A DNA stretch of 64,000 nt, from contig OY759729.1 in assembly GCA_963662585.1 (NCBI GenBank), forward strand, positions 2,688,001 through 2,752,000, given 5' to 3'. This DNA comes from Candidatus Cloacimonadales bacterium. Lineage in GTDB: Bacteria; Cloacimonadota; Cloacimonadia; Cloacimonadales; JAFGVF01. The notes beneath the pieces are model-generated. The model had not been told where the DNA came from and did not search any database. It saw nothing but the letters and a program-made list of their open reading frames with translations. This document shows positions 29,701 through 38,944 of this stretch, in pieces; position 1 is the stretch's first letter, and each line of letters begins with the position of its first letter. The position numbers and the translations under genes were made by a program.

Positions 29701-31343
29701 CTCCAGAACCTAATAAATTTGCTGTAATATTTTCAGATACAACTGCGCGTGTTAAAGCCCTCAAAGATTTAGAAAAAGAAAAAGAACTTGCTCAAGCAGC
29801 TACTAAGGCAAAATCAGAATTTTTAGCCAATATGAGCCACGAAATTAGAACTCCACTTAATGGAGTAATCGGTTTTACTGATTTATTGTTAAGCACTGAT
29901 TTGACTGAAGGTCAAAAACAATTTGCTGTAAATGCTAATGTTTCAGGAAAAGCACTTTTAGGAATTATTAGTGATATTTTGGATTTCTCCAAGATTGAAG
30001 CGGGGAAAATGGAACTTGATATTGTTAATTCTTCCATAACTGAGATTATGGAGCAAGCAGTTGATATTATCAAATTCTCAGCATGCAAAAAAGGACTAGA
30101 TGTTATTTTAAATCTTCCTGTTAATTTCCCTGAAAGAGCTATGGTTGATCCACTTAGATTAAAGCAAATACTTCTCAATTTACTAAATAATGCTGTTAAA
30201 TTCACCAAAGAAGGCGAAATAGAGCTTAGTGCTAAATTCATTTCTCATAATCAGAATTCTGGCAAGTTTATTTTTAGCGTAAAAGATACAGGTATTGGAA
30301 TTTCTGAAGAGGCATCTAAAAGACTGTTTAAAGCCTTTTCACAGGCTGATGGTTCAATTACTCGTAAATATGGAGGTACTGGACTTGGCTTGGTAATCTC
30401 TAATTATCTAGCTGCTAAAATGGGTTCTCACATTGATTTTATCAGTGAAGAAGCTAATGGAAGTGAATTCTATTTTGCTATTGATACTGAATATGTGGAA
30501 AAATCAACAAGCAGAAAAGATATTTTTAAGAATAATAGAGTATTACTGGCAGATCAAAATGTACACTTCATGGAAACCGTTAAAATGAGATTAGAATATT
30601 GGGGAATAGAAGTTTCTCAGGCTACAAAGTTTGAAGAAATTGCAAAAGCTATATCACAAAAGAACTATAGAGCCTTAATAGTGGATGAAAGACTTATTTC
30701 TAATGATGATTATCAAGATTTAAATCAACTACTTTCTAAAAGTGAAGAGTCTAAGAACAGCTCTATTATAATAACCTATTGTCCTAATGATAATGTAGAG
30801 ATAGTTAATATATCTAAAGGGATTAATGCGAATCATATCATGACAAAACCACTTATGATAAATGATTTATTTACTACTATGAAAAGTATTTGTGATCAAA
30901 AAAAGATTACAAAGAGTAATAGTAATAAGGGAAATCATTCAATCAGGCAAATCGAATCAAATCGTCCTTATAGAATCCTAATTGCAGAAGATGTCGAGAT
31001 GAATATGGTTCTAATTAAAACATTGATAAAGAAGATTATTCCTAATGTTGAAATCAAAGAAGCAAGAAATGGTATGGAAGCGGTTCATATCTATAAGCAG
31101 GAATCGCCTGATCTTATTCTAATGGATATCCAAATGCCAGAACTTGATGGATTAGGAGCTACTAAAGCTATTAAAAAACTTGAGCAGGATAATGATGAAA
31201 TCACTCCAATTGTCGCTCTTACTGCTGGTGCTTTTTCAGATGATAAAGAGAAATGTCTCAAGGCGGGAATGGTTGACTTCTTGACCAAACCTATAAGTGT
31301 TAAAGAATTAACTATAGTCTTAGAAAAATTCCTCATGAATTAA
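26742..31343 (+). CDS. Hybrid sensor histidine kinase (Cache-like, HAMP, multiple PAS, HisKA, HATPase, receiver domains)
   Basis: Two transmembrane helices, NEIG HAMP, PAS repeats, FLANMSHEIRTPLN, NLLNNAVKFT, DTGIG, GGTGLGL, ILMDIQMP. Confidence 0.92.
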   Translation: MNRYKGHKSRKKTNKKILNKHLRKSTIMGDIFKSVLLSAFATLFVLLCTLGYYMYQRNIKYSVSMLEEETNSITVETDHYFKDIMTIMDILSYSQCLYEANESPEKRELLLEMISDIEKNKYNINSLFIGYTDSFFLTDKNIFPENYNFQESQWYKDALITHDSNYSVGKFSNLTKGDTPKFFISKSFSQDGVKRGVIGVDCILDPVYNLFGSKSLFESKTVMLVNSVDQLILSKNPTMVDEMILANHPEMFNSKKTSFKISQGRDKFLVYSHQLVHSDWFLVSKINFSEITSPILPRVLILSIALIIITIVVSKIYSIVLGRTIAKPVLEVSLALQSLAKGNRNIDPIEKYPQNEIGMMAKSFNTFLKNTEILKADINELKETKADLSYSLSLLNASLESTDDGILIINNNGYITKWNQRFLEIWGITDEEIHSRVDANLLPRVEDKIINADEFISQINKVMENPKMVSFDIVEFKNGTVIERYSYPQQVEDKIVGRVWRYRDITQIRKSELLLKDSEEKHRVMFTQTVDAYCIIDNGVFTEVNHAADKMLNSPKGWLAGKTPEEISPEYQPDGKLSRISAAEHIEMVKQKGKHSFDWIHLRYDGSQFPAEITLITIKLKEKNLILAIWKDVTEEREIAEKLKISEKNFRLFFETMEDMIFISDYQGKLKYTNRIVSEKLGYSFDELKDMTIIDLHENNDGPSLNEIMTYLIDGNGVNCPLPVKRKDGDLIGVETRTWLGKWNGEECLFGISKDISKQQEALMNFNKIFESNPALMALSSYPERRFIDVNNSFCKTLGYNKEDVLGKTTQELNLTMEMGKLDRASSKLLAEGNFTNLQLKVSKRDGRIIEGLFSGELIETNGKKFFLTVMTDITNMKKLDRKLRVSERKYRLLFENMTTGFALHEMIYDEDGKAIDYRFLDINPAFEEYTGAKAEQLIGRTVKEVFPQTEDYWIDTYGKVAKTGESINYEQYSQEFGKYFEVKAFSPEPNKFAVIFSDTTARVKALKDLEKEKELAQAATKAKSEFLANMSHEIRTPLNGVIGFTDLLLSTDLTEGQKQFAVNANVSGKALLGIISDILDFSKIEAGKMELDIVNSSITEIMEQAVDIIKFSACKKGLDVILNLPVNFPERAMVDPLRLKQILLNLLNNAVKFTKEGEIELSAKFISHNQNSGKFIFSVKDTGIGISEEASKRLFKAFSQADGSITRKYGGTGLGLVISNYLAAKMGSHIDFISEEANGSEFYFAIDTEYVEKSTSRKDIFKNNRVLLADQNVHFMETVKMRLEYWGIEVSQATKFEEIAKAISQKNYRALIVDERLISNDDYQDLNQLLSKSEESKNSSIIITYCPNDNVEIVNISKGINANHIMTKPLMINDLFTTMKSICDQKKITKSNSNKGNHSIRQIESNRPYRILIAEDVEMNMVLIKTLIKKIIPNVEIKEARNGMEAVHIYKQESPDLILMDIQMPELDGLGATKAIKKLEQDNDEITPIVALTAGAFSDDKEKCLKAGMVDFLTKPISVKELTIVLEKFLMN

Positions 31344-31512
31344 GAATGATTAAGACTCCATAAACTTCTTTGTTATTTCACTTTAACTGCTCCTTTACTG
31401 TCATGTCAAATGATGATCGAATTTTTTTTGAGATTACAGTAATGGAGCATGAAGAGTTGGTTAAGAAAGGGGGAATGAAGAGCTTTATTTCTATTAATTC
31501 TCACTTATTAAT

Positions 31513-32232
31513 CTAATTCATATTTACCAAAGGTCTAATATCTTCTCTCTTAATTACTTCTGGAGAGTATTCCCCTGAATAGAGGCACTTCCCTTTATCG
31601 AGAACTATTAAGTGTTGGCAGTGTTCTGAGAAGGATAGGAAATCATGGGTTATAACGCAAGTCGAACTGATAACTTCAGAATGAAGATTATCTATAAGTT
31701 TAACTATACCTTTAGTTGTTACAGGGTCTAAACCAGTAGTAGGCTCATCATAGATAAGATACTCTGGTTCCATACTAATAGCTCTGGCTAAAGCAACTCT
31801 TCTTTTCATACCACCTGACAATTCAGCAGGATATTTACTCCCGATATCCGGGAGATTAACCTTTTCTAAGAGATTTGAGACTTTAGCCTCGATATCTTTT
31901 TCTTTAAGCTTGGAGTGCTCAAATAGGGGGAAGGCAATATTCTGATAAACATCCATTGAATCAAAGAGAGCTCCAGATTGAAAAAGCATGCCTACTCTTT
32001 TACGCAGGGAATAGACTACAGAGTTATTAGAATAATCTATTATTTTATCATCTAGTTTAATTGAACCAGTGAAATGGCGGAATAATCCAATAATAGACTT
32101 AATAAGAACGCTTTTACCACTTCCACTATGTCCTAAAATTACAGTAAATTTTCCTCTTGGAATCTTAATATTTATATCACTTAAGACAATATTATCTTCA
32201 AAGCCAATGTTAAAATTCTCAACTCTAATCAA
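31513..32232 (-). CDS. ABC transporter ATP-binding protein (MlaF/Mkl family)
   Basis: GHSGSGKS, FQSGALFDSM, LSGGMKRRVALARA, YDEPTTGLDP. Confidence 0.88.
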   Translation of the reverse strand: MIRVENFNIGFEDNIVLSDINIKIPRGKFTVILGHSGSGKSVLIKSIIGLFRHFTGSIKLDDKIIDYSNNSVVYSLRKRVGMLFQSGALFDSMDVYQNIAFPLFEHSKLKEKDIEAKVSNLLEKVNLPDIGSKYPAELSGGMKRRVALARAISMEPEYLIYDEPTTGLDPVTTKGIVKLIDNLHSEVISSTCVITHDFLSFSEHCQHLIVLDKGKCLYSGEYSPEVIKREDIRPLVNMN

Positions 32233-33520
32233 TTATCTCTACCTTTATCCCTTCTTTGAAACGGCAAATAGGTTTTACGGTTATCCTCTGTTTTTTCTGT
32301 AGATTATTGCCTGTATAATATATTCTGATATAATGGTCTGAGAGTGAAGTCCAATAATCTTCTTGTTCTTCTTCAACAATCGCAGTTAATTCTAAGTTAT
32401 TATTAATTATCTTATCGATATAGATATTAGTCAAGTTATTTGATAGCTCAATAAGTCTATTGCTTCTTTCTTTCTTTATTGTTCCGTTGATTTGATTCTT
32501 CATAGTGAAGGCTGGAGTACCTTTTCTTCGGGAATAGGTAAAGACATGCAGATAAGTAATTGGTAAAGAGGCTAAGAAATCAAAAGTCTCTTGGAATAAC
32601 TCATCAGTTTCACCAGGAAAGCCAACAATTACATCAATGCCAAAAGCAGCATTAGGGAAAATAGCAATAATATTCTGGATAGTTTGTCTAAACTCAGCAG
32701 TAAAGTAATGGCGTTTCATAGCTTTTAGAATAGTATCAGACCCGCTTTGTAAAGGAATATGGAAATGAGGCGTGGTTTTCTTACTCTTTCTGAAGAATGC
32801 CAGAACATCTGAAGTAAATAATTGAGGTTCAATGGAGCTAAGTCTAATATTATCTAAGCCCTCAATCTGTTCAATATCTTCAAGTAGATTAGCGAGAAAA
32901 TAGTCTGGGTAGAGATCTTTACCGTAGAGTCCCATATTTATGCCACCAAGAACAACTTCATGATAACCATTAGCGACTAATATTTCAATCTGATTAATTA
33001 CTTCTTCTTTCTTTCTACTTCGAGATCTTCCCCGAGCATAAGGAATCGCACAATAAGTACAAAAGAAATCACAACCATCTTGAATTTTTACGAAAGCTCG
33101 AGATCTATCATACATTTCTGTTGCTTTCATCTCACTAAATTTCTTAAACTTCATAATATCGTCAAAGCTATCCTGCTTGGAACAGTAGAGGTCATAAATA
33201 ATATTCTTATGTTGATTATCTACTACAATATCTATATCACCCAAAGTTCTAAGTTCTTCACGATTTCTCTGGACAAAACAGCCAGTTATAATAAGAACAA
33301 TGTTAGGATTTAACTCTTTTCTTTTAAGCACTTTTCTAATAGCATTACGACTTTTGAAGTCAGTTCTATTAGTTACGGTACAAGAATTTACTACATAAAC
33401 ATCAGCATCCTCTTCATAAGCTACGAGCTGAAAACCATGCTCTTCAAACTGAGCAATGATGCCAGCAGATTCGTACTGATTTATTTTGCAACCAAAGGTT
33501 GCCACTGCAATTTTATTCAT
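32225..33520 (-). CDS. mtaB: tRNA t6A37 methylthiotransferase MtaB
   Basis: TFGCKINQYES, NSCTVT, TGC, KIQDGCDFFCTYCAIPYARG, RLSSIEP. Confidence 0.92.
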   Translation of the reverse strand: MNKIAVATFGCKINQYESAGIIAQFEEHGFQLVAYEEDADVYVVNSCTVTNRTDFKSRNAIRKVLKRKELNPNIVLIITGCFVQRNREELRTLGDIDIVVDNQHKNIIYDLYCSKQDSFDDIMKFKKFSEMKATEMYDRSRAFVKIQDGCDFFCTYCAIPYARGRSRSRKKEEVINQIEILVANGYHEVVLGGINMGLYGKDLYPDYFLANLLEDIEQIEGLDNIRLSSIEPQLFTSDVLAFFRKSKKTTPHFHIPLQSGSDTILKAMKRHYFTAEFRQTIQNIIAIFPNAAFGIDVIVGFPGETDELFQETFDFLASLPITYLHVFTYSRRKGTPAFTMKNQINGTIKKERSNRLIELSNNLTNIYIDKIINNNLELTAIVEEEQEDYWTSLSDHYIRIYYTGNNLQKKQRITVKPICRFKEGIKVEIID

Positions 33521-34106
33521 AATAGTCTTTTAAAAATTTGTAAATTACTCTTCCATAGTTCTTATGTTCTTCTTTAAGTACCTTGTGAGCAATTATTTCT
33601 GCTGTTTTAGATCGATGAGTGCGGACTCTTTTCTGAAAAATAATATTCCCCTTATCATACTCTCCGTTAACTTGATGAATAGTGATTCCTGAGAATCTCT
33701 CCTTATTCTCAAAAACAGCTTGATGAACATTCATACCATACATTCCTTTACCGCCAAATTTAGGTAACAAAGCAGGATGTATATTTAGAATGGGTATGTT
33801 AATGGAAGTAATAAAATCATTTTGAAGTAATTTCATAAATCCTGCTAAAACGATTAAATCAATGTTGTTAGCTTGGATATAATCTGCAAGCTTATTCTGA
33901 TATGTTCTTATCTCTTTGCACCCTATAAAGTTATGAGGAATATCAAAATATTCGCACTTTTCTATTATGGGAGCATTTTTTGTGGTTATAATAACAGAAG
34001 AGACATCTATAGGTATATTTTTCTTTTTCAGATAATTAGCTATTGCTACAAAGTTAGAACCTCTACTTTTACCTGAAGTTAAAATAACAATCTTATATCT
34101 TCTCAA
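33513..34106 (-). CDS. purN: Phosphoribosylglycinamide formyltransferase
   Basis: SG..RGSNF, VLAGFM, LNIHPALLPKFGGKGMYG, SGITIH, YDKG. Confidence 0.9.
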   Translation of the reverse strand: MRRYKIVILTSGKSRGSNFVAIANYLKKKNIPIDVSSVIITTKNAPIIEKCEYFDIPHNFIGCKEIRTYQNKLADYIQANNIDLIVLAGFMKLLQNDFITSINIPILNIHPALLPKFGGKGMYGMNVHQAVFENKERFSGITIHQVNGEYDKGNIIFQKRVRTHRSKTAEIIAHKVLKEEHKNYGRVIYKFLKDYYE

Positions 34107-34122
34107 GCGAAACTCCTTTAGT

Positions 34123-34163
34123 AAAAAAGAAAATCCCCCTGTGATTTAGAAAATCAAGGGGGA
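34123..34163 (-). terminator. Rho-independent terminator after aspS
   Basis: Minus strand TCCCCCTTGATT-TTCT-AAATCACAGGGGGA followed by TTTTCTTTTTT. Confidence 0.7.
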
Positions 34164-34173
34164 ATAAATTTAT

Positions 34174-35958
34174 CTATTTCTCTTTAATATCGATCTTAAT
34201 ACTTAATTCTTCTAATTGCTTAGTATCAACTTTAGCTGGAGCTTGACTCATCAAATCTACAGCTTTTAAGGTTTTAGGGAAAGCAATTACATCTCTAATA
34301 GATTCAGCCCCTGTCATTATCATAACAAGTCTGTCAATACCAGGAGCAATTCCACCATGAGGAGGAGTTCCATATTTTAAAGCTTTCACAAAGAAGCCAA
34401 ATCTTTTTTCAATCTCTTCATCATTAAATCCGGCTAAGTTAAATATCTTCTGTTGAATGTCAGCAAGGTGACAACGAATAGAACCTGATGAAAGCTCCAT
34501 TCCGTTACACACTAAATCATATAGCTGTCCCTGAATATCACCAATTTTTGTTGGGTCATCAAAGTAGCTTAAATGCTCTTCTTTTGGCATAGTGAACATG
34601 TGATGCATTGTTTCCCAGATTTGTTTGTCTTCATTAAATTCAAACATAGGGAAATCTGTAATCCAGCAGAAGTTAAATTCCTTTGGATCATAAAGTTTTA
34701 ACTCTTTTCCGAAGTAATTTCTTAACCCAGCAAGTACTTTGAAAACAGTAGAATTTTTATCTGCACCAAAGAGAATTAAATCTCCAACTTGGGCATTAGT
34801 TTTAGCTAAAATAGCTTCTTTCTCAGGATCTGATAAGAACTTAGTAATACCAGCATCAAGTCCTGCCTCTGTAACTTTACAGAATGGTAAGCCTTGAGCT
34901 CCGAGATGTTTGGCAATGTCTGTTAATCCATCAATCATCTTACGGGAATAAGATGCACAAGCAGGGGCAACAATACATCTAACAGAACCTTTGTTTTCGA
35001 AGGCATTTTGGAATACCTTGAATTCAGAGTTTGCTAATATTTCAGAAAGGTCATTTATCTCCATTCCGAATCTAAGATCTGGTTTATCACAACCAAATCT
35101 AGCCATAGATTCTTGATAAGGGATTTTCTTAAATGGGATTTCAATATCTACGCCAATACTCTCTTTAAAGATATATTTAAATAGTTCTTCATTAATTTCA
35201 AAAATCTCTTCTTGAGTAACAAAACTCATTTCCATATCAAGTTGTGTGAACTCAGGCTGTCTGTCAGCTCTTAAATCTTCATCTCTAAAACATCTAGCTA
35301 TTTGGAAATATCTATCAAAACCTGATATCATTAACAATTGCTTGTAGATTTGAGGGGATTGAGGAAGAGCAAAGAATGTGCCAGGATGTACTCTGCTAGG
35401 TACAAGATAATCTCTTGCTCCCTCAGGAGTACTTTTCATTAGAATAGGAGTCTCAATTTCAAAGAAACCACGACTACTAAGAAACTCTCTAATCTTCCAG
35501 ACAATTTTATGCCTAAGAATAATATTTTTATTCAAAACTTTTCTTCTTAAATCTAAGAATCTATATTCTAAGCGTAAATCCTCGTCTGCTACTTGATTCT
35601 CATTTACCTGTACAGGTAGAGGTTCAGAAACATTGAGAAGATCTAATTCTTCGGCAATTACTTCAATATCACCAGTTTCTAAGTTAGCATTAGGATTGTC
35701 TCTTTTAGCAACAGTACCTGTTACACTGATAACGAATTCATTTCTTAACTTATGTGCTTTAGTAATAACTTTCTCATTCTCAGGATTAAAAACAATCTGA
35801 ATTACTCCTGAATGATCTCTTAAATCAACAAATATTAATCCACCTAAATCTCTACGCCGGTGTACCCAACCCATAAGGGTTACTTTTTCTTCACTATTAC
35901 TTATATTTAAGTCTGTTGCAAAATGACTTCTTCTTTTTCCTGCTAATAAATCGAGCAT
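34174..35958 (-). CDS. aspS: Aspartate--tRNA ligase
   Basis: [60 protein letters not shown]. Confidence 0.97.
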   Translation of the reverse strand: MLDLLAGKRRSHFATDLNISNSEEKVTLMGWVHRRRDLGGLIFVDLRDHSGVIQIVFNPENEKVITKAHKLRNEFVISVTGTVAKRDNPNANLETGDIEVIAEELDLLNVSEPLPVQVNENQVADEDLRLEYRFLDLRRKVLNKNIILRHKIVWKIREFLSSRGFFEIETPILMKSTPEGARDYLVPSRVHPGTFFALPQSPQIYKQLLMISGFDRYFQIARCFRDEDLRADRQPEFTQLDMEMSFVTQEEIFEINEELFKYIFKESIGVDIEIPFKKIPYQESMARFGCDKPDLRFGMEINDLSEILANSEFKVFQNAFENKGSVRCIVAPACASYSRKMIDGLTDIAKHLGAQGLPFCKVTEAGLDAGITKFLSDPEKEAILAKTNAQVGDLILFGADKNSTVFKVLAGLRNYFGKELKLYDPKEFNFCWITDFPMFEFNEDKQIWETMHHMFTMPKEEHLSYFDDPTKIGDIQGQLYDLVCNGMELSSGSIRCHLADIQQKIFNLAGFNDEEIEKRFGFFVKALKYGTPPHGGIAPGIDRLVMIMTGAESIRDVIAFPKTLKAVDLMSQAPAKVDTKQLEELSIKIDIKEK

Positions 35959-36012
35959 TATTACTCCTATAAATTTATGTTTAAAGACACTTTATAAATC
36001 GCTATTTAATTT

Positions 36013-36912
36013 TCAAGACTTTTTTTGTAAAAATCTAACATTTCTTGAAACATAATGAAATATTTTCCAGCTATTAATGAATCTATCTATTCTTAAAGAA
36101 CTATGTTCATTGGAAATTCTCTGAATATATCTGATATCAAGTTGATGATTAAGTCCATACCCACCAAAAAGAAAATCAATTTGTTGGCTAACTTTCTTTA
36201 AAACATCTCTACTTATTCCTACATCATTATGAGGTATCGAACCAAGACTATAATCTAAGTTAAATCTCTTGCTAATATCTAAAGCACTATCGACTATTCT
36301 GTATTCTTGTTCAGAAGCAGGCATATCTTTCAATCTTAAGTGATCTCGAGTATGACCACCGAAGTAATATCCAGCTTTTATCATTTCTGAGATTTGCGGA
36401 GAAGATAGATAAGGACTCTTTTCTTGTAAGTAGAGATCAGAGTCTATTCCCGCTATGGTTAATAAAGAGTTTATTGAATGATCATCACTACTTTTTAGAG
36501 ATAATAATTTCTCTTTAATACTTGTAATCTTGCAATCTAACATATATGACATGTGTTGAAGAATGATTGGACTTAGGTAAGCTAATTTAGATATTAAGAG
36601 GGAAACTTTTGCTCGGTAAAACATCGCTTTGTTATCTATAAAGTCATTATTAACGAAGAAGAAGGCTGGTAGAGAATATTTCTCTAGAAGTGGATAAATT
36701 GTATGGTAACATTCAGAAAGTCCGTCATCAAAAGTTAATACGACTCCTCTTCTATTAGCTTGAATATCAGCTAAATCTAATATTTTGTACTTTCTTACAA
36801 GTACTTCTAAATCCTGACCAAAAGTAGCTATATTTTTGTGAGAATATAAGTTTTCGACTAAAGGATTTCTCTCATTACTTACTAAATGATAATAGATAGG
36901 GATTATTTTCAT
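36013..36912 (-). CDS. Polysaccharide deacetylase (NodB/CE4) family protein
   Basis: YYH, LTFDDG, GGHTRDH motifs. Confidence 0.78.
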   Translation of the reverse strand: MKIIPIYYHLVSNERNPLVENLYSHKNIATFGQDLEVLVRKYKILDLADIQANRRGVVLTFDDGLSECYHTIYPLLEKYSLPAFFFVNNDFIDNKAMFYRAKVSLLISKLAYLSPIILQHMSYMLDCKITSIKEKLLSLKSSDDHSINSLLTIAGIDSDLYLQEKSPYLSSPQISEMIKAGYYFGGHTRDHLRLKDMPASEQEYRIVDSALDISKRFNLDYSLGSIPHNDVGISRDVLKKVSQQIDFLFGGYGLNHQLDIRYIQRISNEHSSLRIDRFINSWKIFHYVSRNVRFLQKKS

Positions 36913-37129
36913 GGGCTTATAGTTTTTTGGGAGGATTTACTGTCAAGTTATTTGAAAAGTGTGATTGTCTGTAATCTTATAAAAAAAATAATGGTAAGTT
37001 GAAATCGCAAGATAAGGATTTATTAGAGGATAAGCTCACCCTAGAAAATAATCTCTAGCCTATATTTGTCAAAATAAAACTTGACTCTTTACATTAAGAA
37101 AGGAAAAATATTATTTTCGGAGGTAGATT

Positions 37130-38230
37130 ATGAAAAAAAGATTATTAGTAGCTACGGGTGGTGGAGATTGCCCTGGCTTAAACGCTGTGATAAGAGCTAT
37201 AGTTAAAAGGTCAAGACAAGAGAGCGACGATTGGCAAGTAATTGGAAGTATAGATGCTTTCAATGGAATACTGCAAGATCCTATGAGATTAATGGAACTT
37301 ACTCCAGAAGTAGTTGCTGGAATTCATGTTAAGGGTGGTACTCTCATTGGCACAACTAATAAAGGTGGACCTTTTGCTTGGCCTGTCAAAGATATTAAAG
37401 GAAATATTACCACAATAGATAGATCTCATGACTTAATAAAGAGAATTCAATATGAGGGTTTTGATGCTGTTATAAACATCGGCGGAGATGGCTCCCAAAG
37501 GATTTCTCAAAAGCTTTTTGAAAAAGGATGCCCAATTATTGGTATTCCTAAAACAATTGATAATGACCTCTCTTTTACAGATTTTACTTTCGGATTCCAA
37601 ACTGCAGTTGAAATAGCTACAGATGCTATTGATAAATTAGTAACTACTGCTGCTTCTCATCATAGAATATTTGTTCTGGAAGTTATGGGAAGATATGCTG
37701 GTTGGATTGCACTTCATGCTGCAATTGCCGGAGGTGCTGAAGTATGCCTAATTCCAGAAATCCCCTATAATTTAGAAAAAATTAAAGAGAGCTTGAATGA
37801 CAGAATAAAAGATGGTCCAGGTTTTGCTGTGATTATCATTGCTGAAGGAGCTAAGCCAATCGGTGGAGAAATGGCTAATGAAGGTTTTAAAAGTGTAGAA
37901 TCCCATGAAATCCACTTAAAAGGTGCAGGTGAGAGATTAGTTCAAGAGATTAATGATTTAGATTTAGGAGTCGAAACTCGTTTATTAGTTCTAGGGCATT
38001 TGCAAAGAGGTGGAATCCCTAATTCCTTTGATAGAATCTTGGCTGCTCAATTTGGTGTCAAAGCTTTTGAAATGGTTCTGAATAAGCAATATGGAGAGAT
38101 GGTTTGTTATACTCATCCTAATTTAACTACAGTCAAAATAAAAAAAGCAATCAAAGAATATAATCTTATTGATTTAAATAGCGATATCATTAACACTGCT
38201 CGAGGATTAGATATAAATTTAGGAGACTAA
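37130..38230 (+). CDS. pfkA: 6-phosphofructokinase (group III type)
   Basis: TGGGDCPGLNAVIR, IGGDGS, PKTIDND, EVMGR, LGHLQRGG. Confidence 0.93.
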   Translation: MKKRLLVATGGGDCPGLNAVIRAIVKRSRQESDDWQVIGSIDAFNGILQDPMRLMELTPEVVAGIHVKGGTLIGTTNKGGPFAWPVKDIKGNITTIDRSHDLIKRIQYEGFDAVINIGGDGSQRISQKLFEKGCPIIGIPKTIDNDLSFTDFTFGFQTAVEIATDAIDKLVTTAASHHRIFVLEVMGRYAGWIALHAAIAGGAEVCLIPEIPYNLEKIKESLNDRIKDGPGFAVIIIAEGAKPIGGEMANEGFKSVESHEIHLKGAGERLVQEINDLDLGVETRLLVLGHLQRGGIPNSFDRILAAQFGVKAFEMVLNKQYGEMVCYTHPNLTTVKIKKAIKEYNLIDLNSDIINTARGLDINLGD

Positions 38231-38261
38231 AAAATTTATAATTTTGTTTAGATTTTTCTAT

Positions 38262-38501
38262 CCACTAATTTCACGAATTAAGAAAATATCCCGAAGGGAT
38301 TAAATAGATTAGCCCATGGTCTCTTTTTTTGAAGAAAAATTGACCCTGGGTATGGCGCACCAATATTTGTGTAACCCTGTAAGGGTTTAATAGAGAAAAT
38401 AATAATTGCTAAAAAATCGGTCAAATTACTTAGGGCTGGACAAGAGAAAAGAAATTTCACACGAATTTCACGAATGTAGAGGCCTATTGCCAAAGGCCTT
38501 C
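38262..38501. repeat. Stack of three small palindrome families
   Basis: CACGAATT-type repeats (38262, 38460); ATCCCGAAGGGAT...AACCCTGTAAGGGTT hairpins (38288-38387); GTAG REP (38476-38501). Confidence 0.65.
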
Positions 38502-38563
38502 TTGAAAATGCCTTTAACACAGAGTCTTTTCAAAAATTTTTAAGAATATGATCCGACCTCTTA

Positions 38564-38745
38564 AATCCCCCTCCGTGAGGGGGACACAGGGGGTGTTTCC
38601 TATGGAATGGAAGCGTCCCTGCTTCCATTAAGCAATAATCCCCCTCCGTGATGGGGACACAGGGGGTGTTTCCTATGGAATGGAAGCGTCCCTGCTTCCA
38701 TTAAGTAATAATCCCTCTCCGCGAGGGGGACATAGGGGGTGTTTC
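38564..38745. repeat. 73-bp tandem repeat (2.5 copies) of composite REP units
   Basis: AATCCCCCTCCGTGAGGGGGACACAGGGGGTGTTTCCTATGGAATGGAAGCGTCCCTGCTTCCATTAAG at 38564, 38637 and (partial) 38710. Confidence 0.92.
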
Positions 38746-38944
38746 TTTTTAAAGGCGAAGCATTAGTCTAGCCTCAAAGATGTTAAAAATTTCTAAAAAA
38801 TCACTAATATCATATAGTACTGTAAATTATTTACGACATAATATTGTTTGATTCCAGAAATTGAACTTGACAGAACATAGAGCTTTTTCAAACTCATAAT
38901 AGATTATTCGGGTTAAATTAAGGATATCTAATTTAGGAGATGCT

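Noticed and set aside
38564..38745. CRISPR array
   Set aside because: Whole 73-bp units are tandemly repeated with no variable spacers.
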